DNA of 64,000 nucleotides from Epiperipatus broadwayi. Its lineage: Eukaryota > Animalia > Onychophora. The stretch is from positions 16,678,001 to 16,742,000 of the forward strand of contig JAQFVV010000010.1 of the NCBI GenBank assembly GCA_028023455.1, given 5' to 3'. The position numbers were made by a program, and so were the translations under genes. The notes under the pieces were generated by a model. It saw only the letters and a program-made list of their open reading frames with translations. It did not search any database and was not told the origin of the DNA. Of this stretch, positions 12,690 through 25,788 are shown piece after piece (positions within the stretch are counted from its first letter, which is position 1; each line of letters opens with the position of its first letter).

Positions 12690-13028
12690 ATTTATAAGTA
12701 TTAGTATAGCATTAGGCAATATTTAAAAATATAGAATAGATAGTTGAAAAATATATTTAATTTAGAATAATTTTAAAAACATCAACCAAAAGTAGAAAAG
12801 CTAGTTTTATGATTTTTGTTAGATTCATTGTTATTGTGAAACACAATTAATAGTCCAGGAGTCACGTGATTTTTGGCTGCTTTCGAAAGTGCAGTAAATT
12901 AAAGTCAATAAGATTATCTTATTTTAATTTTTCAAGGTCTTTTGAATGAAAGTTATAGGATATTCATCTTGTCTAACTTTTTAAAAGCAAATATTGAATT
13001 TGACAAGGTGTAAATTTAACAAGATATA

Positions 13029-13774
13029 TGTTGTATTTTGTAAAAATTGAATGCAAGTTTGTGCACTCCAGAAAAACTAGTATTTATTCGAGAGGTTGGT
13101 TTTAGATCGCGCACTGATAACTGAGGAATTTAATTAAGGCATTAACGTAATGGCGAACGATAATTCAAAGAAATATTTGCTGATTGCAAATATTTCTAGA
13201 TAAGAGACCTTACCTTATTGGACAATGTAATTAATTGCTGCAGTTATCAGAAAGCTATAAAAAGACTATGTAACAACTATGTAAGGCAGTATTTGAGTGC
13301 ATTTAGACATTCCTGTTCAATTCCAGTAGGAGATATCTCGCGTCAGTGCTTTCGGTTAATGTACAGCGCTCAGTGGAAATGTAGTCCACGGGTATAGCTG
13401 AAAGAGCCCACAGAGATGGGGAGACCGTAGCCTGAGGAAACCGTCCGGAAGCAGCTGAATAAAGAGTTGAATTTCCAGTGGTTTTCAAGTGAAATATCTG
13501 ATAGACTGTTGCAGAAATGGAATCTGTAAGGAGCTTAAGGCCAGTTGCAGTGCTATACTATGAAGTATTCGTGTGCAGCTAAACTGGACTGGAGTCAAGA
13601 TGTGTGTAAATCTTGCCCATTGTGAAACATTTTTGTAGCAGCCAGCCTGAATGTACATTGAGGGAATTGAACATTAGCGAACTGTAGAAATAGAGTTGTT
13701 GTGGACTATTTGCTATTCTAATTATTTAAAAACATTGTATCTTAATGTATATAGTCATACTTATGGACACATCA
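13029..13774 (+). mobile_element. Solo LTR related to the LTRs at 39281 and 41362
   Basis: TG...CA ends with 5-bp TSD ATATA (13024-13028 and 13775-13779). It shares 'aagtttgtgcactccagaaaaa', 'ttttagatcgc..actgataa' and 'aaatttgctgatt.caaatatttct.gataa' with the paired LTRs. Confidence 0.75.
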
Positions 13775-14299
13775 ATATAAAATAAAAATAATACAGCAAA
13801 GTTATTTTTAAAAATATCTGACATGACTGTAAAATTTATATTAGCTTGCATCTAAAAAGATTTTCATCTGATAAATACAAATATATATATAGATATTAAT
13901 TTTAATTCCAATATTATTGTAATTAGAATTTGAGATAAATTTGTTAGCGAAAATGGCGCCAAAATATAGTTTAAACGTGATATTTTAAAATTAATAAAGA
14001 AGCTTTAATTAATCCTAATTAATTAACTGATCATTTCGTTGACAAAAATGAATAAAGAAAGTATAGATAGTATATACTATATTTTAGATTAAATGATTTA
14101 GATTTGGCTTTCTTAGTATGATTAATTGTATGTAAGAAGATTCAAATTATTATTTTATTGCCGAAAATCCGATAGTCAATATTGATTTATAATGCAAAAA
14201 ATAAATAAATACATTTGTTTATATAATACTCACAAATATACCAACATCTGAATTGAATAAAACAGAAAATTGAAAGAAATAATTGCATGAAGAAAGAAA

Positions 14300-15390
14300 A
14301 AGATGATTTTCAATAGTAAGATAATGACCAATCCTAAATTACAGATTATGAGAATATAATAATAAAGGAGGGAATAGTATAAGTATTTATTCTGGGTAAT
14401 TTAAATAATCATAATATTAACTTTTGCATTTATGTTTGTTTATTCTAATAAAATTGCTATTACTGTTTTATTTATTCATTTTAAATGTGGATACTGGAAT
14501 AAGGAAACTTATATTTACCACAGAGTTAGGTAAACTGAAGATTTGATAGAGATATAATATTTATTGTGTTCTTGGAAGGTAATCTAGGCAAAATGTAAAG
14601 GAAATGACAAATAATGATGATTATAATTCATAATAAAAGTTTTAATATAAATTGATTATGAATGTAGATTTTACTTTATTTGATGAATAATTGATAATTT
14701 CAGTATATATGATCATAAATAAAGTGAAATATATTTTGTCATACTAAAGTATATTGTTTGATATCCAATGTAAGAAAAATTATTTGATGAATCTAGATCT
14801 AATCATGCATAATAAAGTCTAGTTTTGAACCCAGAAAGAAGAGGAGATATTTAGACATATGGAAGATAAGAAAAGTGGATATTGTAATAATTCATTATCA
14901 GATATACGAATTTCATTCAAGAAAAACTGATAATTAACTGATGGAAAAAATATTTCTTTGACAAAAGTAAAAATAACCATTATAATACACTGCATATGGA
15001 AATAAAATAGAATATCAGGAAAGAGCCTTTTGATAGTAATAGTGCGAAGAAGAGTATTTGCAACAAAAAATATAAATTGAATAACCTAAGTGATTTATTT
15101 TGAAAACTATGTAAGAAAAACATGAAAAAATATTAGCTAGGAGTGCAAACACATCAAAAATTATAGAAATAATGAGTTTATGGAATAATAAATTTTAAAT
15201 TAAATGAGTATATAAAAAATGCTTTTTGTCTTTGATGTTGGGATTGGATAATTTATGCAGGTGACTTTAAAGCTAAATTTACTGATTGGACAAAAATAAT
15301 GCTCTGAAAATGAGATAGAAAATAAACATATTTACAATTTTAAAAGCTATTTAAGTTAGAGAAAGAAATATGGTTAACAGATTTCTTTGG
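14300..15390 (+). mobile_element. Highly degenerate non-LTR retrotransposon remnant (APE endonuclease region)
   Basis: 'atttatgcaggtgactttaaagctaaattt' near 15250 translates to IYAGDFKAKF (cf. APE motif GDFNAK). The rest is stop-ridden and the boundaries are guesses. Confidence 0.3.
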
Positions 15391-15398
15391 GATTATTG

Positions 15399-15855
15399 CA
15401 GGAGTGGGGAACTTCCATCCCATAGGCCAAGTCCGGCCCTTAAAATCCGGCTCCTGAGATATTTTGACAAACATGTATAAAATGAACCTGTATAAAACTT
15501 CTGTTTAAACACCCCCATAGTGCAGCACAAATATGGAATTAAGAGTTAAATAAAATAAAATATTTATTTTTCCAACTATATCTTTTTCTTTCTTTTATTT
15601 TTATAATAATTCTACTAATTAAATTTTTGATCTAATGTAGTAGACTGATTTTTAAGTCGCGAAAAAAACTAATGGTTTTATTATTCAGGAGTTCAAAAGA
15701 AGTTTGAGTGCCAGTATCGATCCTGGGATCTCCCGGTCCCAATTTGCACACTGTACCAAATGTGCAGGACTTTAAATCGATAATTTTGTATGGCCCACAA
15801 ATGGTATTATAAATATCCAAATGGCCCTTGGAAGAAAAAAGGTTCACCATCCTTG
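15399..15855. mobile_element. Possible old hAT-type MITE
   Basis: Ends are CAGGAGTGGGGAACTT and AAGGTTCACCATCCTTG, resembling decayed CAGGGGTGGGCAAC-type TIRs. The candidate 8-bp TSD matches only 5/8. Confidence 0.4.
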
Positions 15856-16775
15856 GTCTGTTGGTTTATAAATCCCTGATAATAATGGAGAATCCATATT
15901 TTCCTTGGAAATAAACATTTTATTCACACAAATATTAAAAAAAAAAAATTATCGGCAAATGTAAATATCTTGTATACTTTTAGAATACAGTAGTGTGAAA
16001 TGACTAAAAGTACACTAAAATATTGCACATTATAATTAAAATCTGAAAATTAATCAAAGAAGTTTAAATTAGAAAATTATATTTTATTATTTAAATATAC
16101 AATATGCACACATAGCTAGATCATGGATTCTTAACTTTTTTGTGTGTAAAAAACTTGTAGCAGCCTGATATTTATGCATTCCTTCTAATTATAATATTTT
16201 TAAAATTATAATCAAAACGATTATATTGAAATACTATTATCAAACTATTTAGAAAAATATGATTAATGTGAAAATATATTAATTATATATTAACAAGACA
16301 ATGCACTTTAGTTCTAACTAATTATGATTAAAATATTCACTACATTGAGATGTATAGTGTGAATGTAAGATGATAGGAAAATATGTGATTTCACTTCATA
16401 TTAAACAGCTCATTTAATTTAGTCAATAAATTAACTTTCCTGGCTTTCCTAAATAAAATAAACTCATACGAATACTTATTTTAGATTCAGTGAATTAAGA
16501 TAATAACTATTTATTGCTTTGCTTAGACAAAAAAAGAAATTATATTACTGAGCAAATCATAATAATCAAACAGTTAATCTGAATGCTCTCTCAATCCGTC
16601 ACTATAATATATGATTTGGACTCGCATAGAGATATTTTTTTTTGTACATATTAACTAGTTTTCACAGAGGTAAAACTCTCCATACAGTAACGCCACTGAA
16701 TGCAAGCCAGGGTAATCAATGGATGCAGGAAGGTTTGTGCATAAAATCCCTATTTAGTGCTTACTCATCCAATAT

Positions 16776-16815
16776 CCCCAGACTAGTTTCTAGTTTGTGA
16801 CTTTCATCAGTGAGG
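16776..16815 (-). ncRNA. Minimal type-I hammerhead-ribozyme-like motif with imperfect stem II
   Basis: Minus strand reads CCTCA-CTGATGA-A-AGT-CACAA-ACT-A-GAAA-CTAG-TC-TGGGG. It has an intact core, a palindromic ACTAGT helix III, a GUC triplet and a 5-bp stem I (one G.U). Stem II lacks the canonical closing G-C pair. Confidence 0.55.
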
Positions 16816-17718
16816 AGCCTTGGTGATCATGTAATGTTTGATGAAATCATTAATTGGTATAGAATGTCACAGAAAGATGGCTATTATAGACAGCAAATGT
16901 AGGCCACATAAACTATATTGAAGTACTAGAATACAAATAGACTGGTATAAGACATCACACAGCACTAATTACTTTACGTGGCAAAGTTATCAAGCGATAA
17001 TAGTGTTGGAACATTAATAGAATCTTATTCTTATTATAATTTGTATTCAGATGAGTCCACATACGTTGTGAGAGATTTGCCATTTTTCATTCGTGTATTA
17101 TATAAGTGCAATAAAATGAAATAAAATAGTTTTATCTCTTTGTAGACACAATAATGATAGTAGCACAGACATTGCTAATACCGTTCGTTGTATTACCAAT
17201 ACATCTGCAGAAATCATATGTATATTTGATGAAAGCATGAAACTTCATTTACATCAAAAGTTAGCAAAAATGTAACTTTTCTTTTTATTTAAATTTATGA
17301 ATCCATGAAATTTAGTTAATTATCCTGTACCTAACTGTCTTAATGGTGGATTCTCATTGAGTCTTTAAATCTTTTTTTTTTTCAAAAAGTTTCTACTTAG
17401 ATTTTTGTCATACATGCATGTACATGACTATATACCACATATCCTTTCAAGTTTTATCCATTTATTACCTATGATTGTCTAAGAATTTGTGGGAATAACA
17501 TTTTACATGTAATTATACGCTGTATAATTTCCATCATATGGTTAAAATTTCTAAATGTTTTTAGAAATATTCAACTTTATTTTATATTTGTCTAAATACG
17601 TTCAACTGTTAGAAGTAATATGCAGGTTAATATAGCAATACAATCCTTAGAATATTCCATACTAGAATTAATTTTGATAAAATTATAAAATATATAATTT
17701 AATTTTTTTTTAATTTAG

Positions 17719-17785
17719 GGACTACCAGAAAAAATTTGAAAATTATCCTCGCCACAGAAAAGGAGTGATACCATTTATTTTTTGA
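17719..17785 (+). CDS. SRD5A1: Steroid 5-alpha-reductase, terminal coding exon (K-DYQKKFENYPRHRKGVIPFIF*)
   Basis: Polypyrimidine tract and AG at 17717-17718, with TGA at 17783-17785. It matches the family C-terminus Y..KFE.YP..RK..IPF.F*. Confidence 0.92.
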
Positions 17786-20700
17786 AAAATTCATGTTAAT
17801 TGCAGTAATAAGCTATTGATATTGCGACACCCTTTAATGCTGGAATTAACATACCATCACATTGCATCAAAAGAATCTACAATAATTCCTGGTGACTAAC
17901 ATGTTGTTAAGTGTAACGTGAATTGAAAATTTAGCAAAATTTATATTCGTTCAAGAATTCCTAAAAAAAAAATTCTATAATTGATTCTGCAATTTATTTT
18001 ATAAGAATATTAATTATAATAATATATATAAAAACAAGCTCAGGCATTTATATTTTTTTTAAAATATTTTGTACATAATTTTTGGTATTGTATTTTTATA
18101 CCATACCAGGCCACTTGATGACGTTATATACAGTTTTAAACACATAAATATAATGTTACTTAGCCGGCCTTTCTTTATTGTCCGATTTTTCTGGTATTAT
18201 ATTTATATAATACAAAAAATGCCGTCAAGCGGGTGGTATTGTCTAAAAATAGAATACTTAATTTTTTAAAAAAAATCTAAATCAGTATTAAATCCATTGA
18301 TCAAATAAATTTGATGTATTATTCTGATTTATTAATTTTTAAAATAATAGATTTATAATTTATTTTCACAGTTTTTATTTCATAAGGATAAACTATTTTA
18401 ATAAATGATTTCTCTGAATGCTAATAATTTAATATTAAATTTGGTAGATCCTTATGTAATAAAATTGCAGTGGATTAATAATTGCTTCTTCTTTACTTAA
18501 TTCACTGATTGCCATAAGATAATCAGTGACCTTTGGAATGGATATCAGATGGAAAAATAATCAATACAAATAATTAATAGATAAAGTAGTGATGTAAGAA
18601 AAGATTATATTCATTACTTTTTGATAGCTTTTCTAGATTTTTTTCTGTTCTACTACTAAGGAGATACTTCATAAACATTTTTCATGATTTTCATCATGGA
18701 ATTTATGATTATTAGAGTGCAGGATAGCTATAAATTTTTGGATAATTTTAATAACTTTTTGATATAATCATGACACAAGCATATTAATTTAAAAGCCTAC
18801 TTTTATTACTTTTCTGTTATGTGAACTCCAAGTTACTCTACTTGGCTCCATTGATTTGAATTTACAGGATCACATTAAAACCACATAACTTTGGATGAAT
18901 TTAAAATCAGAGTTACAAAAAAAAAATTCCATAAATTTATCAAGCCACAATCGGAGAATGTTTGCTGAAGATAAAAAATCATATTGAATGTCGTTTCACA
19001 AAGGTAACAGAAATATGAAAACATGAAAATTTTTTGTTTTGTATTATATAATTACATTTTGAATTAAAAGTGTCAAACGAACTCAACCCACATCTTTGAC
19101 ATCATCCACTTTAGATAAGTACTATAATGATTCTTATTAATCATTTATTAAACTAGAGATTATACTTTCGTATATCATTATCTTATATTTTTACTAAATG
19201 AAATAGTTATTAAAGTTATTTAAGCACTATATAGTGTATATATGAAAATATATAATTATTTTTGGAAGATGAAGATTGATGTCATTCTTTGATAAAGAGA
19301 TAATTATGGTTTTTTAAAGATGTTTAAATATTTTCTCAAAATGCTTGAACTAATACTGAGATCATTAATCTATTTGTATAATATCGAAACAAATATGTTA
19401 CAAAGAAACATTTGCTTTAGAAATCAAAAATGCCCTAAAACTAGCACTGAAATTATCAGAATTGTTACTGAATATTCATAGTTCCTTATATTTTGTATAT
19501 GAAAAGAAAATCACATTAATTCTTTTAGTAAATGTTATTTAAAGTTATTATTCCTGATATGTGTAAATTTGATTATTTTTTAAATGGTAATGACTACTCC
19601 CTCCTCCTTTAGTTTTCTTTTCTATAATTAATTACGATTACAAAAGACTATTCCAGAGCATAGTCTTGACTTACTGGATCAATATATGTATATATAATAA
19701 ATGAATGTAAAGATGCCCATTTGTTTTGAATAATAAATTCATATCTCTTCATGGCTTCTGGGATGTGCAATTCAGTTGTATTTAAATTGGATAGAGAAAT
19801 GAATGACAAGGCCGGAAGTTTTAATTATATTTTTGAACATCAAATGTTTATATAATTGATTATTGTGATAAATACCCAATTTTTATGTCTTACATATTTT
19901 AGCTCACTATACTCATGTTCTGTCAAATCCAAGCAACGATTAGGACCCCCCAATATAGATGAGGAATCCCTAGAAAGCTAAGAATTTTCTCTGGCAATCA
20001 GGTGTAGCCATAGTGTATAAATGAACATCTTACATGTTCTTAACTGAAGGTAAAAGTAACAGGATAATCTAAATTTCTATCTGTGTGAAAGGGAAATCGT
20101 ATAGGTACAATAATTTTGACACCAATATGGCTTCAAAATGTAGCTGTAATTTATGATGATATTTTTTAAAAAAATTAAATTTCCATTTAAAAAATTTTTT
20201 TTTTTAAATTGACAGAAATTTTTATTTATAATCATATTTCCAATTACGTAGAACACGAGTAAAAATATATTTCCTATTCTAATGCAAATATTTATACTAT
20301 AAAGCAAAGTAACAAGCAACAATATCTGTTAGATATAAATTCATATACAGCAATGAAAAATTTAGAAAACATCATAGAAAATAGCAAATCTAGACAAAAG
20401 TGATGTGGCATATGTGAAATGAGGGGTATATAACAAGATAATTTTATGATGATAATAATGTTCACAAATTTTATACATTAACAATAAATGTGCAATAATG
20501 CCCTTTTTCACTATTTTTATGACCGTAGCAGGTGCTAAAATAGGATTTTCTAAAATAAGTATAATTATAAATTTATTTACCGCACACTGATTACGTAAGT
20601 AATGTTTATTAAGGCAATAAACCTAAAGCTTCTGCGGTTACAAATGCGAAAGTAGGGACCTCTACAGGTCTTAACCACAAGCTTAAGTATAATAAAATTC

Positions 20701-21039
20701 TATGAGCTAATATCTATTGATAGTAAAATCATTGAATCTCTTGATGTAGAAAATATTATTAAACCTACGTATTGATATCAAAGTTTGAAAATTAAACTTA
20801 AAAAAAGATGGAAGATAGGGAGGATGCCCCCAAAAAAGTACTTATTCCACCAGTAAAAACAATATAATGAGTAAAATTTATGAATGTTTTATCTCCACGA
20901 AAGTAATATGTATACAAATATAAAAACTATTAAAAGCAAAGCTTTATTAATAATAAAAATATTGTAGTGCTTATCATGCTTTTGACATATAATTGTCATA
21001 AACATAGCAATGCATGTAACAGAAGTAGGCAAATGTCAA

Positions 21040-21111
21040 GCTTTGGTGGCCTAGTGGTTAGCATAGCTGCCTTCCAAGCAGCTGGCCTGGGTTCGCTTCC
21101 TGGTCAACGCA
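21040..21111 (+). tRNA. tRNA-Gly(TCC)-like gene, probably a pseudogene or variant
   Basis: GCTTTGGTGGCCTAGTGGTTAGCATAGCTGCCTTCCAAGCAGCTGGCCTGGGTTCGCTTCCTGGTCAACGCA is 72 nt and close to eukaryotic tRNA-Gly-TCC, with an intact anticodon arm (CTGC-CTTCCAA-GCAG). Defects: a T-C mismatch in the acceptor stem, T-loop TTCGCTT (A58 replaced by C), two G.U pairs in the T stem, and no immediate T4 terminator. Confidence 0.8.
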
Positions 21112-21169
21112 TTTGACATATGAAAAAATAGGTAGGGAAATAAGACCTGTTTAAAAACTAAAAAAAATA

Positions 21170-21990
21170 GCATATTATTTATTTGCATAATGCATTAATT
21201 AGCCACTTTTTGGAATGAGAAATGCAAGATTCCTATTGATGGCATAACTGACCTTGGAATTGTGCCAAGCCTCCTTGATCTCTCCACATATGCAGTCCCA
21301 TACATATGAAATGTTATACCAAGGACTTAAGCCATTCTTATTTAGAAATTTTTATCTCTGTAAATGTAAGTCCAACTGTAAAAATAATATTGACACATAC
21401 TTATCTGACCTGTGCAATATTGGATTTAAATTTTCATCTCTCATTCAAACTGTCAAGAACTTTTATTATAAAATGTGACACCCCTCCCAAACAACCAATG
21501 ACAAACCTTGGCTGTCTTTTCCCCCCACATACTCAAAATCACTCATTTGATTTATAAAATTATTGCTCCTACTCCTAGAGTTGGACTCCACCACCCCCTC
21601 TTTTATACTGATTAATCAATAATTCAAAAGATAGACTACCACCAGATCTTCAGTCTCAAATTATGTATTAAATCAAATGCCAGGATTCTTCCTGCCATCT
21701 GCTTACTATGGTGAATCTCGGGCCAACCTGCCTACCTGATTGGCCCAGCATGAATACATGTATAACCAGGCAAAAACACTAAATGTTTTTTCGAGCATTT
21801 CACTAATTCCGGCCATCAATTCGAGCCCACGTGTTTCAACATTGTTTGCTCAGAATGCAATGATGCCTAGCAAAAGGTCAAAGAGGCTTGCTGCATTTCC
21901 AAGGATAATTATACCATCAATAGGAAAGAATCCTGTTTTTTCCAAAATGTGGCTTGATCTGATTAATGCACTATGCAAATAATATGCTAT
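21170..21990 (+). mobile_element. Degenerate LINE ORF2 N-terminal (APE endonuclease) fragment
   Basis: Decayed APE-like blocks (HNA...; IPIDGIT.. cf. DIIGITETW; LEIFISVNVSPTVKIILTHTY) with frameshifts. Clade not determinable. Confidence 0.4.
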
Positions 21991-24929
21991 TTTTTTTAGC
22001 TTTTAAACAGGATCTTATTCCTTTATCTCTGTTACAAGCATTATTATATTTATGGCAATTATCTGTCAAAATCATGCTAAGCACTACAGTATTTTTATTA
22101 ATAATAAAGCTTTGCTCTTAATATAGCCTTTGTATTTATAAAAACAATATAGTAATATTTTGGATGTTTGCTGTCCAACTATGATACATTGTGTTGGTAG
22201 CATTTCATATTGATATGCATTATATATCTTTCTTTGCTTTTTAATTAAAAAATATTAAAAAGCAATAAATATTTATATATGTGATGTGTGTTTGTAAGGT
22301 ATATGCATTTATAATAATATCAAAGTTACAAAAAATTATAAAGCTACGCTGTTTTATGAAGTTCAGTGGTCATAGAGCATGGATTTGCTAATATAATATT
22401 ATACCAATAGTATATTCAGCTTAACTTTTAACTTCCGAGTCTGTAACTCTACCATTTCTCTAAATACACTTTTAATAATCAAAATTATCCCAAATTCACA
22501 ATTCAACTAGACTAGCCAAGAAAATAAATTTTAAAATACTACCAATGGTTTCACTGCTACAAGCACTTTTCAAGTGTAAAAACTACAAAATATATTTATA
22601 CTAAACATTACCCACAATTCCACTTACCTGCAATATACCCTTAATATCAAAAGAACTTTTAAATAAGTGAATTGCTTCAGAATCACAAATTTAAAGATTA
22701 TTTAATTCTTTTTATTTCATTTCTCTGAAAGAAGGCAACTTTAGCTTCATCAAAATTAATAGTGCGGCCTATATCTTTTTCATGGATATATAAAACAAAA
22801 CTTCAATATTTCTAAGCCTACTTTTTCTGTATCTTTTTCTTTCATTTAGGCTCAAACTACTCTGACCTATATATATTCTCTTACTATAACAAGGGATAAT
22901 ATACACTAGTCCTGGAATAATCTATCAAAAATTTCCTTTGTATTATTTAATAATCATTTCTTATTTAGACAAAGTTGGGCAGTTTGTCATTATGAAAGGA
23001 AATGAGTTTAGGGAAAAAATGGATAAAGAATTAAATAATGGTAAATGTTTTTAGAAAAAGATCCTGATGTAGTGGCTAGATTGCTGGTAGCAGACGATGT
23101 AAGCTAGATGTGATTACCTATGGCTATCAGCGCCACCAAGCAGGCAATAGTGCTGTCAGCTAGTTGGCATAAGGTTCCTGTGCATACACATAGTAACAGT
23201 GCCACCTAGTGGCTGGAACTTGCATCGCTGCATTTGGGCCCCTATTGTGAATATTTGTGGTTGAGACATCACTTGCAAGCTTCGGGCCAGTTGTTGATGG
23301 TGGCACAGCACCGTCTACCAGTGGTAGTACAATCTCTCCACAATTACCTTCGATTATTATTTAAAACAGTAAATTTGACATTATATTTATTCAATATTAA
23401 AATATTTATCATTACATACCACGTTTCCCTGAAAAAAAGTCCGAACATGATGTTTATTATTATAAACCCTACTTAAGATAGTCAGCCACATGTAGTCAAT
23501 GGACATATTGAATTATAAAATAATAAATATATAAATAATGTTATTGACATTACTAATGCTTTAAATAAATGGTAATATAAATTATACGGATCTTTTGTAT
23601 TTTCTTGATGACAATTTTTGAAATGTAATTCTACCTGTATAGAGAAAGTTTATCTGTCACAAATCAACATATCAGATAATTTATAATTTCATTTATATAT
23701 GTTTATGTAGTTCTTTTATTTATATTTAATATTTAGATTTAGAATGCTTTAGTTTTATCATGATAGGTTTTAAATATTCAAGATAAAAGAAAAAATAGTT
23801 TGATTTCTTAAACATTTTTTTTTCTCCTAAAAGATTTCATTAAAATAACAGAAGTGATTTTAGTAATTAAAGTTTAGCTTAAATTAAATTATCAATCTTT
23901 CTTCTAAAGGTTTTTAAAAAGAATATTCAAGCAGGGCTACTACAAGTAATTTGAAATGTGTTTATAATGTCCATACTTAATAACAAATGGATATAGTTGC
24001 GTCATGTGTGAATCATAATTCAATACACCATATATTATAATAGATATACTTAATGTGCATCTGTGAAATGCACAAACATTTTCTGAATTTTCGTGCTTGC
24101 ATTTTTTTGCTTTTGTATGGGTAAACCATTCTTAACTGTAATCATTTTTGTTATCAATAGGTCCTGTAATGCAAATCTTCAATTTACACTTGATTTAATG
24201 GTAAATTTAAATGGAATAATATTCTCATCACCGTGAAAAAGAAAGAATTATTTCAGTGAATACAAGAAAGAAATTGTAGGGGGGGGGGGGCGTGAGGGCT
24301 ACCGGGATAAGAATTTTACAGATTTCTGTAAAGAGAAGTACTCGAATGAATGTAGATTTTCGTACATGAAAAAAATAAGACTTCCCCTAGAATAGTGTCT
24401 TTTGGAGAAAAATTAATAGAAGATCTGGTTTTATTTTCGGGGAAATATGGTATATATATTTCAAACTTCTATATCATCATAATTTGATATGATTGAGCTA
24501 AGGTGAAAGAATGTACTGAGATAAGAAAATATAAATATACAAAGCTTCTTGGGACTCATCATACATTTAAATCTACATTAATAGTCATCATCCACATTAT
24601 CACTCTAAAGTTATTTATGTTGATGTGAATAATCAATGATACCACATAATATCAAATTAGTTTCTGGCAACTGGTCTTCATTAATGAGCATTGGATTGCA
24701 CTTATCCATCTAGAAAACAGCTTTACTTCTTTTATACTGTTCAAGTAGCCAACCTATACCATTAAGTTTTGAATCTAAATCAATTTGTTTGACCACTTAT
24801 ACACTAAATCAGAAAACATATATATATATATATAAATAACACTGTTATAATCTAATTGGAAACAAAGATGCTATATACCAAAACATAATAGTTCTAACTT
24901 TTTTTCTCAGTGGTGAAATGTTTATTCAT

Positions 24930-25640
24930 CTAAAAAAAACCCAGATACAGTAAATACATGAAATTACAGGAACAACATGTTAAGAGGGGAAGGATACATG
25001 TAAAAAGGGAATGGGAAGTGGAGAGGGGAAATGGTGTGCAGTCCAGGCCGGCCAGATATGCGCGTCTTCGTGATTTAGTCCTATCACAGAGGATGTGAGT
25101 TGGAGGATTGCCCAAGAGTCTGTGAGGAGTGGAGGTGGGGCTAGTTTGGTATCTCGGGTTTTGAGAGTGCGAATTAGGTTGAAGAGCTTTTGATTGACTG
25201 AATGTACTCTCTGGTCAAGGACAATGGCACATCAGAGCAACCAGAGCATAGATGAGAAAAACTGATAATCTAATAGCTGCGAAGACCTCTGTTTCTATGG
25301 ATTCTTGGAGGTTGAAGATGGTATTCCTGTGCGAGGAAAGGCAGGAATTGATGACATATCTCATGCCAAGCAGAAAAGGACATTTAAGCAGGAAGTGCTG
25401 GAGGGTTTTGTTGTCAGTTTTACAGAGCTGGCATACAGGAGACATCTTGTCGAAACCCCTATGATTGACCAAAAATTGATTTGTGGAAAGGGAGTGAAGA
25501 TTGACTTTGAGGAGGAAATCAAGGAATTTTGCCTCAAGGGACCACCTTTTGAATTTGCGGATTAGTTGAGCATTGGTAAATTCAAGGAATGTAGGGGACT
25601 CAATGGAGAAGTTTGCAGTCTGATTGAAAACCTCCCAGTA
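24930..25640 (-). mobile_element. 3' end of a LINE with C-terminal zinc-binding motif and 3' UTR
   Basis: ORF 25215-25472 contains CQLCKTDNKTLQHFLLKCP (C..C....ET..H.L..CP motif of LINE ORF2 C-termini). The segment is GC-richer and ends in a homopolymer run near 24931-24940. Confidence 0.7.
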
Positions 25641-25749
25641 CTTTAGTTTAATAGTTCTAACTTATATTTAACATTTGCATCAATAGCAATAATTAATCTC
25701 TTTTACAACTATCTGTAAGCTCTAATATAAATATTAACAATTCAATGCA

Positions 25750-25788
25750 CCTCATTGAAGAAGCCAATAACCAGAAACTTGTCAGAGG
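25750..25788 (+). ncRNA. Degenerate hammerhead-like motif
   Basis: CCTCA-TTGAAGA-A-GCCAATAACCA-GAAA-C-TT-GTC-AGAGG has a core with C3 changed to T, a broken stem II, GAAAC..GTC, and a CCTC/GAGG stem I. Confidence 0.35.

Larger units (their letters stand above)
20931..22120. repeat. 93-bp inverted repeat (20931-21023 and 22028-22120) enclosing a tRNA-Gly-like gene and a LINE fragment
   Basis: Manual ungapped alignment of the left-arm reverse complement with the right arm gives 82/93 identical positions. Confidence 0.9.
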
